In this document: piece after piece, positions 30,073 to 39,045 of the stretch
How positions within the stretch are numbered: the stretch's first letter is position 1
Layout of the letters: each line of letters starts with the position of its first letter
IMG/VR virus record: IMGVR_UViG_2889049205_000001
Coordinates: 64,001-128,000 of that record
Origin: a virus
Taxonomy: Duplodnaviria > Caudoviricetes
Reading direction: 5' to 3' (one strand)
DNA length: 64,000 bases
The notes under the pieces: model-generated
Database searches by the model: none
What the model was told of the DNA's origin: nothing
The model's input: only the letters and a program-made list of their open reading frames with translations
Position numbers and translations under genes: made by a program

Positions 30073-30757
30073 AGGAACCACCCCCTTCCTCAAACTCGCA
30101 CATCATTTCCCGTTCGAAGCGATCATGAGGCATCTCTCGCTGCACCTGTGCCATTTCAGCCATCGTCAGCACCTCAATACTTGTAATTCGTCGTGCCATC
30201 TTTCCCTGCTCCCTGATGCGCCTGTAGAAGCTCTTGAACGCTGTCGGATGCGGCCCATTAATTGTGCCGACCATAATGACGTTGGCGATCATAAGCAGAT
30301 GGTCAAACTCTCTCCGGTCTTCCAGGAATTCTAAAACAGCCGGCATGTTCTCGGGATCCTCGAAAATAACCTCCTTGCTGTGGAACAGGTCATATCCCCT
30401 ATACTGCTGGTAGCTATAATTAGATACGATGTAGATGGTTTTTCCGTTGACGTATACCTCTTTGTATCCATTGCGCTGCGTGAGGACTTCGTACTCGTGG
30501 CCGAGCTCCCTGGCGATCTCAGTGAACCTATTCATTCGATGCGACGAGTCGAGGATCGAGGTTACGAGCACCGTATCCCGCTTATTCAGAATGGCTCTCT
30601 TGAGAATTGCTGTCGTCTTTCCGGTCGCCCTGCCAGCTATGATGCATTTGTTCTCTGCGTCCGCATTGATGAAGTCATCCCAGACTCTATATGCGTTGTC
30701 GCTTCGATACAGCCGATCTGCCGGATGCAGCTCCAAATACTGGTGTACGAGCTCCAT
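30044..30757 (-). CDS. Terminase-like ATPase domain without nuclease, with MELxxxY N-terminus
   Basis: Walker A GRATGKTT, Walker B-like VIFED, MVGT.NG..FKSFY, FEREMMCEF; RBS GGAGGTG before MELVHQY. Confidence 0.65.
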   Translation of the reverse strand: MELVHQYLELHPADRLYRSDNAYRVWDDFINADAENKCIIAGRATGKTTAILKRAILNKRDTVLVTSILDSSHRMNRFTEIARELGHEYEVLTQRNGYKEVYVNGKTIYIVSNYSYQQYRGYDLFHSKEVIFEDPENMPAVLEFLEDRREFDHLLMIANVIMVGTINGPHPTAFKSFYRRIREQGKMARRITSIEVLTMAEMAQVQREMPHDRFEREMMCEFEEGGGSYESNYQATG

Positions 30758-31127
30758 GAGCCACCTCCAGTCTCTCGAAGCGGGGCAGTGTCTCTCCGTT
30801 GACCTCAACTGACTCGTTCCACATGTCGAGCGGCCGAACCCAGATATCGCCCTCGTCGTTGACGTAGATCACCAGATCTTCGCCCTTCAGCTTCCGCATG
30901 GCCGGCAAGCTGCCGATGATATGCTGCGGCGTGATCCAGAAGTGGTCTTCACCCTCTTTCCACACCGCCAGCTTCTCATTCTTACCTTCGCTGTACTTGC
31001 CGATGCCGATCTGCCTGCAGCCTTTCATGAGCTCCTTGTCGCCGCCCTCCATATACGAGCCGACGCCGATCACCTTGTAGATTCCACCCTTGTAATGCTT
31101 GTAGTTTTCATTGGCTGTTGGTTTCAT
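30687..31127 (-). CDS. DUF1653-like protein
   Basis: YKHYKGGIYKVIG..LVIY...WVRP..M....PRF signature. Confidence 0.75.
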   Translation of the reverse strand: MKPTANENYKHYKGGIYKVIGVGSYMEGGDKELMKGCRQIGIGKYSEGKNEKLAVWKEGEDHFWITPQHIIGSLPAMRKLKGEDLVIYVNDEGDIWVRPLDMWNESVEVNGETLPRFERLEVAHGARTPVFGAASGRSAVSKRQRI

Positions 31128-31221
31128 GCCTTGTAGCCTCCCAGATTCTTAATAGAGCCGAAGGCTCTTCGATTTTTTATGAATAGCTAATTATTGCTCT
31201 TGTTTTCTCGAGATTCTTTGC

Positions 31222-31356
31222 TCACCATACGACCCAATGGATTAGCCGTGAAATTCCGCATCCTGCGACGACTGCACCAATTGTGATAATGAGAGCCCAT
31301 GCAATTCCAAGACAGACGCCGAGCCCTCTTTCATCCGCTTCTTTTCTGCTCATCAT
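31222..31356 (-). CDS. Small membrane protein (44 aa)
   Basis: ATGA-coupled to the upstream gene; hydrophobic LGVCLGIAWALIITIGAVVAG. Confidence 0.5.
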   Translation of the reverse strand: MMSRKEADERGLGVCLGIAWALIITIGAVVAGCGISRLIHWVVW

Positions 31357-31793
31357 ATCGATAACCTCCCCGACATCGTAATGGTGTTGCCATCCCATTC
31401 AGGGACCTTCTCTCGCCTCATCACACGCCAGTCACCGGCCATCAGATCTTTCATCTGGGGTTGCCATAGGTGGCACTCCCCGCAGCCGTCAGACACAGCG
31501 TAGATACCGTCCTTTCGCATCTCCAGATAGATCCCGTCCATCCAGCTCAGCCGGATCACCTTATAGCCAGACGGCAACAGGCGCATGACAACGCTGAAAT
31601 CGAACCGATCCATATACTCCAGTTCGGTGTCGGGGCCGGCGGCGATCAAAACCTTCTCGCCTTTGTAACGAGAGTGCCAGAAGCCCGCCAGGGCTTGGGC
31701 GTCCTCGTAGCTCTCGCTCTTGGCGTGGTACACGCCATCATGTACGTGAGCTATGCCGTTTATCTTCCACAGATACGACTCCGCAAGCTCCAT
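31353..31793 (-). CDS. DUF2829/Tad2-like domain protein with MELxxxY N-terminus
   Basis: FDFS.V.RLL..G.KV.R.SW...W.P...DLMA.DW pattern. Confidence 0.65.
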   Translation of the reverse strand: MELAESYLWKINGIAHVHDGVYHAKSESYEDAQALAGFWHSRYKGEKVLIAAGPDTELEYMDRFDFSVVMRLLPSGYKVIRLSWMDGIYLEMRKDGIYAVSDGCGECHLWQPQMKDLMAGDWRVMRREKVPEWDGNTITMSGRLSI

Positions 31794-32067
31794 CCGGATC
31801 TACCTGCCTTTCTATAACGTCGATCAGCCGATTGATGATCTTCAGATCCGGCTCCCTTGTTGCTTGCGTCATTTTAGGCACGAACAAACCGTGGTCCTCC
31901 ATGACCTTCGCAAGATCGTGGAAGTGTTCTGATGGAACGATGATCGTTACATGTCTGCGGTCGATCATCGTTCCCTCTTCCCTCTCATGCGGCTCTATGT
32001 ATATCAATTCCCTTGCAAAATTGTCGTATTGCCATCCGCCTCTGAACCAATGAGCCATGCCATTCAT
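31738..32067 (-). CDS. Hypothetical protein
   Basis: RBS GGAGG; colinear with neighbours. Confidence 0.5.
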   Translation of the reverse strand: MNGMAHWFRGGWQYDNFARELIYIEPHEREEGTMIDRRHVTIIVPSEHFHDLAKVMEDHGLFVPKMTQATREPDLKIINRLIDVIERQVDPDGACGVVSVEDKRHSSRT

Positions 32068-32090
32068 TCCTCCATTTCTTAATAGACCGG

Positions 32091-32357
32091 TTAATTAATT
32101 TTACGACCAATGATCATGCCGCCATGGTTCTCGATCGCATCTTTGCGGATCCGTTCCCGCTGCTCGTACAGCCATGTCAGCCACTCTTCCCGCTCCTTGA
32201 TCTTGCCTCTGCATTTGAAGCAGCATCCGAAGGTGATTCCTGGGAACTTGATCGATTTGGTCCTGTTGCTGATGAATCCGCACTCCGAATTCAGGCACTC
32301 ATAGCGTTTCGGCTCTTTCGGCTCTTTCGTCACATTGGTCGCTTTCGCCCTGCTCAT
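32091..32357 (-). CDS. Zn-ribbon protein
   Basis: CLNSEC..CFKC. Confidence 0.55.
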   Translation of the reverse strand: MSRAKATNVTKEPKEPKRYECLNSECGFISNRTKSIKFPGITFGCCFKCRGKIKEREEWLTWLYEQRERIRKDAIENHGGMIIGRKIN

Positions 32358-32541
32358 GTTCCTCTCCCCCTAACTCTCTTTGTCCCTTGATGAATTGCAG
32401 CAGATTCCGAGCCAGCTTGAATTGTCCACGATAGCTGTCCGTGTCATCCTTGTACATCTTGCCGGCGGCAATCTCCTTTTCTTCTTTTATTTTTTCAATC
32501 AATGCTGCCAGCAGTTCTGAATCGTTCATCCTTAACGCCAC
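32299..32541 (-). CDS. Hypothetical protein
   Basis: Colinear ORF. Confidence 0.45.
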   Translation of the reverse strand: MALRMNDSELLAALIEKIKEEKEIAAGKMYKDDTDSYRGQFKLARNLLQFIKGQRELGGEEHEQGESDQCDERAERAETL

Positions 32542-32777
32542 CTAACTCTGTTGAAGTCTCCTCTTGGCCGCAGCACCTGTTCTGGATCAACGGTGATAGC
32601 CTCTTGGCCTTCGATGTGATCAGGTAATCCCAGACTTACATCCCCTGTAAGCAGGACCTCAATGGTGCCTCTGAAATGATTCACTCGGATGTCCTCGATC
32701 GTGATCCCATCTTGAAGGCCAATCAGCTCCACCATCAACTCTTTCGTGACATGCAATTTTCCCTGCCCCATGCTCAT
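32532..32777 (-). CDS. Hypothetical protein
   Basis: RBS GGAGAGGAG. Confidence 0.5.
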   Translation of the reverse strand: MSMGQGKLHVTKELMVELIGLQDGITIEDIRVNHFRGTIEVLLTGDVSLGLPDHIEGQEAITVDPEQVLRPRGDFNRVRWR

Positions 32778-32792
32778 CTCTCCTCTCCACGC

Positions 32793-33062
32793 CTACAGCA
32801 TGTCATTCCAGTCATCATTCGTTGAAATACCTCGGGCCTCATACGATTTCATTTTCTTGTCGAATTTGGCGAGCGCCTTTGGACTCATTTCAAAGAAGTC
32901 ATCGTCCACTGCATTCGGATTTGCTTCACCGAAGAAGAGGCTTCCCCTTTTCTTTGGCGCCGCAGCTGCTGCTGACTTGCTGCCAGTCGCTTTCCCGAAC
33001 ACAGAGGATACATGCGAGAACAGTGGATTGGTCCCTAGAGCTCTGTTGGCCCGCAGGAACAT
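32793..33062 (-). CDS. Hypothetical protein
   Basis: RBS GAGG; preceded by TGTATAAT and an operator at 33081-33096. Confidence 0.5.
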   Translation of the reverse strand: MFLRANRALGTNPLFSHVSSVFGKATGSKSAAAAAPKKRGSLFFGEANPNAVDDDFFEMSPKALAKFDKKMKSYEARGISTNDDWNDML

Positions 33063-33145
33063 GTCACTAACCTCACTTTCATGTAACGCATTACACAACT
33101 ATTATACACCGTCTGTCTTGTTATTGGAATAAAAAAAGACACCGA

Positions 33146-33568
33146 TCACTCGGTGCCTTGAGTTTCCTTTCGAAAGCTGTAGATTTTCGCCGGTCTTCGC
33201 TTTGCCTCGCTCATCTTCTTCTCGAAGCTGCTGTTCATATGAGTGCCATAAAACTTGTTATGGAACAGTAAGAATGCTCTGCTCATCGACTCCGCCATGC
33301 TCGGCGATGCCGTTTCCACGCTCCATGATTCATTCTCATCATCCTGAATGGAACAATGTTCCTGAATCGCTATTGGAGCTCCGCCAAATCTTGTGCAGCT
33401 GACGCTACACCCTATATCCGATATGTACTCTCTTAGCTGCAGTGCTGCTAGGTCATCTGTTGACCACGATTTATGCGGGATCTCATTGTCCACTTGATGA
33501 ACGATACTTGTGATCAGCTCATCCATCAAAGAGCCTGGATCCATTTGAAGGATCTTTTGCGGGTTCAC
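33146..33568 (-). CDS. Phage ABA-sandwich (BC1872-like) protein
   Basis: MDELI...WSTD..AALQL...A.SM..AFL pattern. Confidence 0.5.
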   Translation of the reverse strand: MNPQKILQMDPGSLMDELITSIVHQVDNEIPHKSWSTDDLAALQLREYISDIGCSVSCTRFGGAPIAIQEHCSIQDDENESWSVETASPSMAESMSRAFLLFHNKFYGTHMNSSFEKKMSEAKRRPAKIYSFRKETQGTE

Positions 33569-33721
33569 CGGCCCACCACCTCTCTCTTATTCTATCTACC
33601 ATTTTACCCCATTTCCTATAGCGGCATAATTATTCTCAAAAAAAATTTTGAGCCACAACAAACCTATGGAAAGTTTCCTATAGGGGGCCATTTTTCTAAA
33701 AAAAATTGCTCGAGGTAGCTG

Positions 33722-33774
33722 GTATATAGGGGTGGCACCACTTAAACGTTCTGTGCCCCACCCCCTATATATAC
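33722..33774. repeat. Imperfect inverted repeat at the strand switch
   Basis: GTATATAGGGGTGGCAC ... GTGCCCCACCCCCTATATATAC. Confidence 0.6.
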
Positions 33775-33814
33775 AACGCCGGCACATGGACTGTGCCATA
33801 TGGAGGAAACCCCA

Positions 33815-34105
33815 ATGAAGATCAGAGTCGTGAATGTTAAGAGATTTGCAATTGCTTGCGTTACTGTAGGTGTCGTACTTGGTTCTGCTATTACCTTATT
33901 GGTAAGCAATCACCATGATACGCATTACACCTATAAGAATGTAGTCGCAAGCAAGGGCGATACGCTATGGACATTGGTACGGCAATACAACCCTGATTAT
34001 AGCGGGGATGTGCGTGTACTGGTACACATGGCAAGCAAGCACAATGGTAGCTCATCTATTGATGCAGCTACTGTGGTGAGTATCCCTGTGCAGGAGGGCA
34101 ACTAA
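33815..34105 (+). CDS. YneA-like TM-LysM protein (cell division inhibitor-like)
   Basis: N-terminal TM helix, then KGDTLWTLV..YNP....N.....IPV LysM; 96 aa. Confidence 0.7.
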   Translation: MKIRVVNVKRFAIACVTVGVVLGSAITLLVSNHHDTHYTYKNVVASKGDTLWTLVRQYNPDYSGDVRVLVHMASKHNGSSSIDAATVVSIPVQEGN

Positions 34106-34106
34106 T

Positions 34107-34259
34107 ATGCCACATGCAAAGGACCTCATTCATAAGGGGCTCTACATGGGTCCTGTAAGCGGCGGTATCGGCTACGTGTATGAATACCATGGCCAACTGT
34201 ACGTGTACACTGCTGGCCGCATCATACCTCATGAGCAGCATCTGAGGGAGAAGGCATGA
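34107..34259 (+). CDS. Hypothetical protein (50 aa)
   Basis: RBS AGGAGG; MPHAKDLIHKGLYMG.. Confidence 0.5.
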   Translation: MPHAKDLIHKGLYMGPVSGGIGYVYEYHGQLYVYTAGRIIPHEQHLREKA

Positions 34260-34262
34260 CAA

Positions 34263-34324
34263 GGACGAAACGCACCCTGTATCAAGGGGGTGCGTCCATG
34301 GGTGCTACCCATGCTGATGAGTCC
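34263..34324 (+). ncRNA. Hammerhead ribozyme, type II
   Basis: GGAC-GAAA-CGCACCC..GGGTGCG-TC-CATGGGT..ACCCATG-CTGATGA-GTCC; all core nucleotides and three stems intact; cleavage after C34296. Confidence 0.9.
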
Positions 34325-34388
34325 AGTAAATGCTCACCCATGTAAGACGTGACCTATATGGCACGCTATGGGATAGAAAGGATCTACC

Positions 34389-34955
34389 ATGAACGCAGCA
34401 TCTATCCGTAACAGTTTCTCCACCATGATGGAGGACATGGCCCGTGAGGCAGGCAAGGTATTTCGCCGCTTTGCATCCACTACCCCTGTACAGGCAGCCC
34501 CTGTGCATGTAGCATCCTCCCCTGCCAAGAAGGCCCCTACTGTATCCCATGCCCCTGTAGCCAAGGCTAGCTGGGTTGTGGAGCGTAGCGAGGCTATGCC
34601 TGTAGCTGCAGCCCGCTATGCTGCACAGGTGGCCAAGGTACCCCCTACTGCAGAGAAGGTCTCTGTTAAGGGTGCTGTCGTCGTAGGCGTGGTTGCTGCA
34701 ACGGCAGCTGCCATTGCAACCCCTACCCTGGGGACGGCCTTATTGGCAGGTGCTTCTGCGGCTGCTGTTGCAGAGCTGATCCGCAATCGCAAGAAACAAG
34801 GCGCCAAGAAACAAGCCCTTGTTGCAGGACTCACTGCTTTGGCCGCACCGCTTGGCGTGGTCTATGGCGGCATGGCCGTGTTGTCCTTATCTGGACTTGC
34901 ATGGCAATTGGGCTTGACCGGCTGGAACGCAGCCACGCTCGCAATCCTGCTTTAA
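34389..34955 (+). CDS. Ala-rich membrane protein
   Basis: RBS GAAAGG; several hydrophobic segments in the C-terminal half. Confidence 0.6.
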   Translation: MNAASIRNSFSTMMEDMAREAGKVFRRFASTTPVQAAPVHVASSPAKKAPTVSHAPVAKASWVVERSEAMPVAAARYAAQVAKVPPTAEKVSVKGAVVVGVVAATAAAIATPTLGTALLAGASAAAVAELIRNRKKQGAKKQALVAGLTALAAPLGVVYGGMAVLSLSGLAWQLGLTGWNAATLAILL

Positions 34956-35079
34956 TTGGCAGGGTTCGATATGGGACTCGCTGATTACAGGGTGAAATGA
35001 TATATCCCTGCTATTGGCATCCCCTCCCCCTTGTGCCGGTCGATCCGCATGGGGGCAGTACACAGAATCGGCCTAGCTG

Positions 35080-35109
35080 GAACACGGATCTTTAAGCCGT
35101 GTTCTTTTT
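35080..35109 (+). terminator. Rho-independent terminator
   Basis: GAACACGG/CCGTGTTC stem followed by TTTTT. Confidence 0.65.
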
Positions 35110-35224
35110 GTGTTCCGGCGAACTGCAAGAAGAACGGGCCGTGTCCTGTGGGTGTACGTGACCCAGGGCATTGGCAACCACGTATCCCTCTCCTGTTTAA
35201 GGGCTGATCACCCCAGGAGTTGTA

Positions 35225-35274
35225 GTCCGTGCATGGCGAGCTTTAACGAGACAGTGACTGTCATCCCTCTCCGA
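35225..35274 (+). repeat. Left arm of the inverted repeat flanking the RNA polymerase gene
   Basis: Complementary to 39046-39105. Confidence 0.85.
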
Positions 35275-35361
35275 CGCAATACCGCAATACCCGCTTCACC
35301 TGTCGCCCGTCCCTTTGTCCGCAAGTCCAAAACCAATTTACTCTGAGGAGAGATATCTATC

Positions 35362-38300
35362 ATGACAACTACTAACCGTAACGCTAAGAAAGCACACATG
35401 GAAACAATGAAAGCTCAACAAGCCAGAAAGTCGATGCTCCGTAACGCTATCAAGTCGCATAAGCAATCGATGAAGGCCGCTCGCCCTGTGGCAGCTGACA
35501 ACCCATTGGCAACCAACCAAGGCATCATCAGCGCAATGCAGGTATTCGGTATTGAGCAAGGCATCATCAATCGCATCCTCTTCGGTATTGGCGAGGGTAT
35601 GGGCCTGATCGTGCAGCTTCGTGATCCTGCTCTTGTGGCCGGCCTTACTGATGCTGATCGTGCTGAGATCGAGCGCTTCGTGAATGCTCACGACAAACTG
35701 CCTGCAGTGGTTCGTAAGCCGAAGCGGGTATCGGTTCAAGTGTCGAAAGCAAGCGTCCACAAGATGCGTTACGATCTGGACGGCATGGATATCTTCTCCA
35801 CGCTGAACTACTCGGATCCAGGCAGCACACAAGCTGATACTGGCTACCAAGTGATCCAGGAGAATCAACTCTCTGAGCTGCTGGCTTCTGCGCCGGTCGA
35901 AGTGGTCTTCACTCGCAATGTTGGTGGCGAGATCGTAGAATCCCCACGCCGCCTCTCCCTGATGCGCTGGGTGCATGTCGTGGACATGTATGTATCCCTG
36001 CCTGAAGATGAGATCGATGCAGAAACGCAAGAGCTGCTGACTATGCAGGAGCTGATGATGCGTAACGGCTACCTCTTCGCAAATGAAGATGGTGAGATCG
36101 TGCGTGCCAACTACCTGTATCAATCGGCATCTCAAGCACGTCAGCTGCAAGGCATCTTCTTGTCAGAAGAATGCCCACATACACCAGCCGAAGTGCTGAT
36201 GATGCTGGGTCATGACTTCCTGGCATACTCGAAACGTAAGGCAGCTGGTGTCTATGAATTGGACATCACGAAGATGCTGAAGCGTTTCGGTCTGGCTGGT
36301 ACTTCCTCCATTCCTTCCCGCACGATCGACATCGGTCAAGATACGGTGAATCTGGAGAATGGCGAGTACATGATCGTTGGTGGCCGTCACACGATGATGG
36401 TGATCGAGGATCGATATGCGGTGGTGAAGCGTGGCCTGTACAAGGTCATGGATCCGAAAACCCGCTCCATGAAGACCCTCGATGCTGCAGAGATCAATCA
36501 AACCATGGCTGTCGGTGATGGCCTGGTCTTCTGCGACGAGGAAGTATACGCAGCACTCTTGGCTGAGTTCGGCCAGGAGTCTGATGCTTGGCAGATCCGC
36601 CTCACTCCGTTCACCAAAGGCCTGATGGTCTTTGTTCCGGATATGAGAGCGATCGTTGGGGCCAATGGCAAACCACTGTATGACGCAAACATCGTTGCTA
36701 CGAAGTCCGCTGTCAAAGGCGACTATCGTGCGATCGCTAAGGACTTCAAGATCCAACTCCGTGTTGCCCTGTTCAATAAATCCATGGGCCAAACGAAACC
36801 GTACACGCTGCTGCCGTATCAAATGACTCATGGCACATCGGTGACGGCCAAGGATCTGATCAACACCTTGGATGTGCATCTGAACGGTGTATTGGATGAT
36901 ATGAATGATCCACATCGTATGGCCACACGTCTGGGCTTGTATTCGATTCAAGACATGGGCAACGACATGACACTTGAGGAGATCGAAGCAGCTGAGAAGA
37001 AAGCCATCTTCAATACTCATGGTCTGTTCCTGCACCACGCTCCGTTCACAGCACATGATGCCATGATGCGTCGCTGGTCGATTGAGCTGATGCATGAGCA
37101 GCTGGAGAAATGGCAGTATGGCAGCATCCCAGTGGAAGGCCACTATCGCTTCATGGTTCAAGATCCATATGCGATCCTGAATGCAGGCATCACTCAGATT
37201 CGTGACGATGAGGGCAATCTTCTGGTTCCGGAGAATGAGGGTCTTGAAGCGAACACGATCTTCATCAAAGGTCGTGGCGAGAACGGCAAGCTCGAGGACA
37301 TCACCGGCCAACATGTAGCACTGGGTCGTAATCCAATGGTTGGCAAGGAGATGCAAATCACGAAGGTGGCAGCGAGCACTCGATATGAGGCTGCCGTGAA
37401 GAAGGGTGGATTCCGTAACCTGCTCGTAATGAGTGTGCATGACTTCTGCACATTCGCTATGGGCGGCGCTGATAATGATGGGGACACCGGCTTGACCATT
37501 ACCGAGAACGCAATCGTCCGCAGCGTCATGAAGAAACCAGGCATTCCCGTGCTTGATCTTCACATGAAATACGACGCTGATGGACGCCTCTCTGGTTTTG
37601 GAAGCGGGTGCCCTTGGAGCGGCGACACGGGTGAGGTTCCATCTCTGGAAGCACCACATGTTGCACAACGTGATTTTATCATTCAATTCACAGCGGATCA
37701 ATACACAGCTGAGTTCCGTTCTGCGATCCATGAGCTTTCCAAAGAGTTCGTCATCCGTACACTGGAGCCGAACAAGATTGGATACATGACCAATATCGCT
37801 ACGAAGCTGGCTGATGCTGTGCGCAAGATCGGCTATATGATCGCCGGCAACCTGGATCAATACGGCAACAAGATGAATGCACCTCGTAATGCTTCGGCCG
37901 CCGCTGTACTCAAGAGCGAGATCGAGCAATATGAGAGCTACATCGAATTGCTGCGCCTTTGCCAAGGATGGGAGATCGACCGTGCGAAACACGGCGGTGC
38001 TTACATGGAGCAGCTGGCTGAGGAGCTGCGCTTCCTGAAGGATCCATCCCTTGCCACATTCGCTAAGTACAAACTGAAGAACGGTCGCACGGTATGGACC
38101 AATCCAGTATGGCTTGCTGAAGCAAAAGGCAAGAACGGCTTCAATACAAACTCGGTTCTATCTCAGGTGCATGCCTATGTGAAGAACTGGAAAGCTACGC
38201 AGCTGGATGCACGCCTCGATGAGATCATGAATGACGTTGACACGTATAACGTGCTGACCGATATGGCGCAAGGTATTGCAATCGAACCAGCTGTGCAGAA

Positions 38301-39045
38301 AGCACTTGAAGATGCAATCCGTCCGATCAAAGGCACATATGGTGCAGCGATCGCCAGCGCATACGATAGGTTCAAAGCTGCTCGTGATGAAGCTCTTGCC
38401 CAATGCAATGGTGACGCTGCTGTGGCGGAGGAACTGATCGAGCTGCTTGAGAAGGAGCGGGCTCTGGATGTTGCATCTGCAGTTGATGCTGCTCAGCAAT
38501 CCATGACTGCTCTGGAAGAAGGATTCGATATCGTTCACATCGGATATGTTGCTTACCACATGACCTATGCTAATCGTCGCACCAATAAGCGTATCGACGA
38601 TGTCACTGGTGAAGTGGTCGAGTACCAATCCGGCATCGGCTTCCCATGGACCGCAGCCAAGCGTCAATTCCTGAATGCAGCACGCTATGTGCAATTCGGA
38701 AACACTGGCCGCACCGTCTTGAACGAAATCAAGGCAGGATCCTTTAACATGGGCACGGTGGTGCATACCGCTAAGGATGCAGAACGCATGCTTGATTCTG
38801 TTCGCAACTTCGGAAAGGTTATCGTGAAGTATGAGCGTAATCTGCTTACGAAGAACTCTGCATATAACATTTATGCAATGAGCGCCAATGGAACCATGAC
38901 ACAATGCGGCATCCTGTATGATTCTGCTCTTCGCTTCCTCACTGGTGCTCCTGCTTATGAGGTTACGGTAGAAGATGCAACATACAACGGTGGTCACTCC
39001 GTAAACATGAAAGTGATCGCTCGCCAACCAATCGAGCTTAACTAA
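35362..39045 (+). CDS. YonO-like single-subunit RNA polymerase (cellular RdRP-like double-psi-barrel family)
   Basis: SASQAR, KRFGL..TS, GDG, WQIR...KG, GRNP, catalytic GGADNDGD, IG..TN and IDRAKHG in RdRP/YonO order. Confidence 0.88.
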   Translation: MTTTNRNAKKAHMETMKAQQARKSMLRNAIKSHKQSMKAARPVAADNPLATNQGIISAMQVFGIEQGIINRILFGIGEGMGLIVQLRDPALVAGLTDADRAEIERFVNAHDKLPAVVRKPKRVSVQVSKASVHKMRYDLDGMDIFSTLNYSDPGSTQADTGYQVIQENQLSELLASAPVEVVFTRNVGGEIVESPRRLSLMRWVHVVDMYVSLPEDEIDAETQELLTMQELMMRNGYLFANEDGEIVRANYLYQSASQARQLQGIFLSEECPHTPAEVLMMLGHDFLAYSKRKAAGVYELDITKMLKRFGLAGTSSIPSRTIDIGQDTVNLENGEYMIVGGRHTMMVIEDRYAVVKRGLYKVMDPKTRSMKTLDAAEINQTMAVGDGLVFCDEEVYAALLAEFGQESDAWQIRLTPFTKGLMVFVPDMRAIVGANGKPLYDANIVATKSAVKGDYRAIAKDFKIQLRVALFNKSMGQTKPYTLLPYQMTHGTSVTAKDLINTLDVHLNGVLDDMNDPHRMATRLGLYSIQDMGNDMTLEEIEAAEKKAIFNTHGLFLHHAPFTAHDAMMRRWSIELMHEQLEKWQYGSIPVEGHYRFMVQDPYAILNAGITQIRDDEGNLLVPENEGLEANTIFIKGRGENGKLEDITGQHVALGRNPMVGKEMQITKVAASTRYEAAVKKGGFRNLLVMSVHDFCTFAMGGADNDGDTGLTITENAIVRSVMKKPGIPVLDLHMKYDADGRLSGFGSGCPWSGDTGEVPSLEAPHVAQRDFIIQFTADQYTAEFRSAIHELSKEFVIRTLEPNKIGYMTNIATKLADAVRKIGYMIAGNLDQYGNKMNAPRNASAAAVLKSEIEQYESYIELLRLCQGWEIDRAKHGGAYMEQLAEELRFLKDPSLATFAKYKLKNGRTVWTNPVWLAEAKGKNGFNTNSVLSQVHAYVKNWKATQLDARLDEIMNDVDTYNVLTDMAQGIAIEPAVQKALEDAIRPIKGTYGAAIASAYDRFKAARDEALAQCNGDAAVAEELIELLEKERALDVASAVDAAQQSMTALEEGFDIVHIGYVAYHMTYANRRTNKRIDDVTGEVVEYQSGIGFPWTAAKRQFLNAARYVQFGNTGRTVLNEIKAGSFNMGTVVHTAKDAERMLDSVRNFGKVIVKYERNLLTKNSAYNIYAMSANGTMTQCGILYDSALRFLTGAPAYEVTVEDATYNGGHSVNMKVIARQPIELN

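Noticed and set aside
34981-34998. Second hammerhead (CTGATTA..GAAA)
   Set aside because: Core deviates and stems II/III cannot be formed.
35296-35315. CTGTCG before the polymerase gene as an eleventh hairpin element
   Set aside because: No complementary stem and no ATTC box.
36163-37992. 609-aa antisense ORF inside the polymerase gene (likewise 2373..3767, 8788..10821, 11314..12555, 15203..16354)
   Set aside because: Shadow frames of strongly codon-biased genes; no RBS or motifs.
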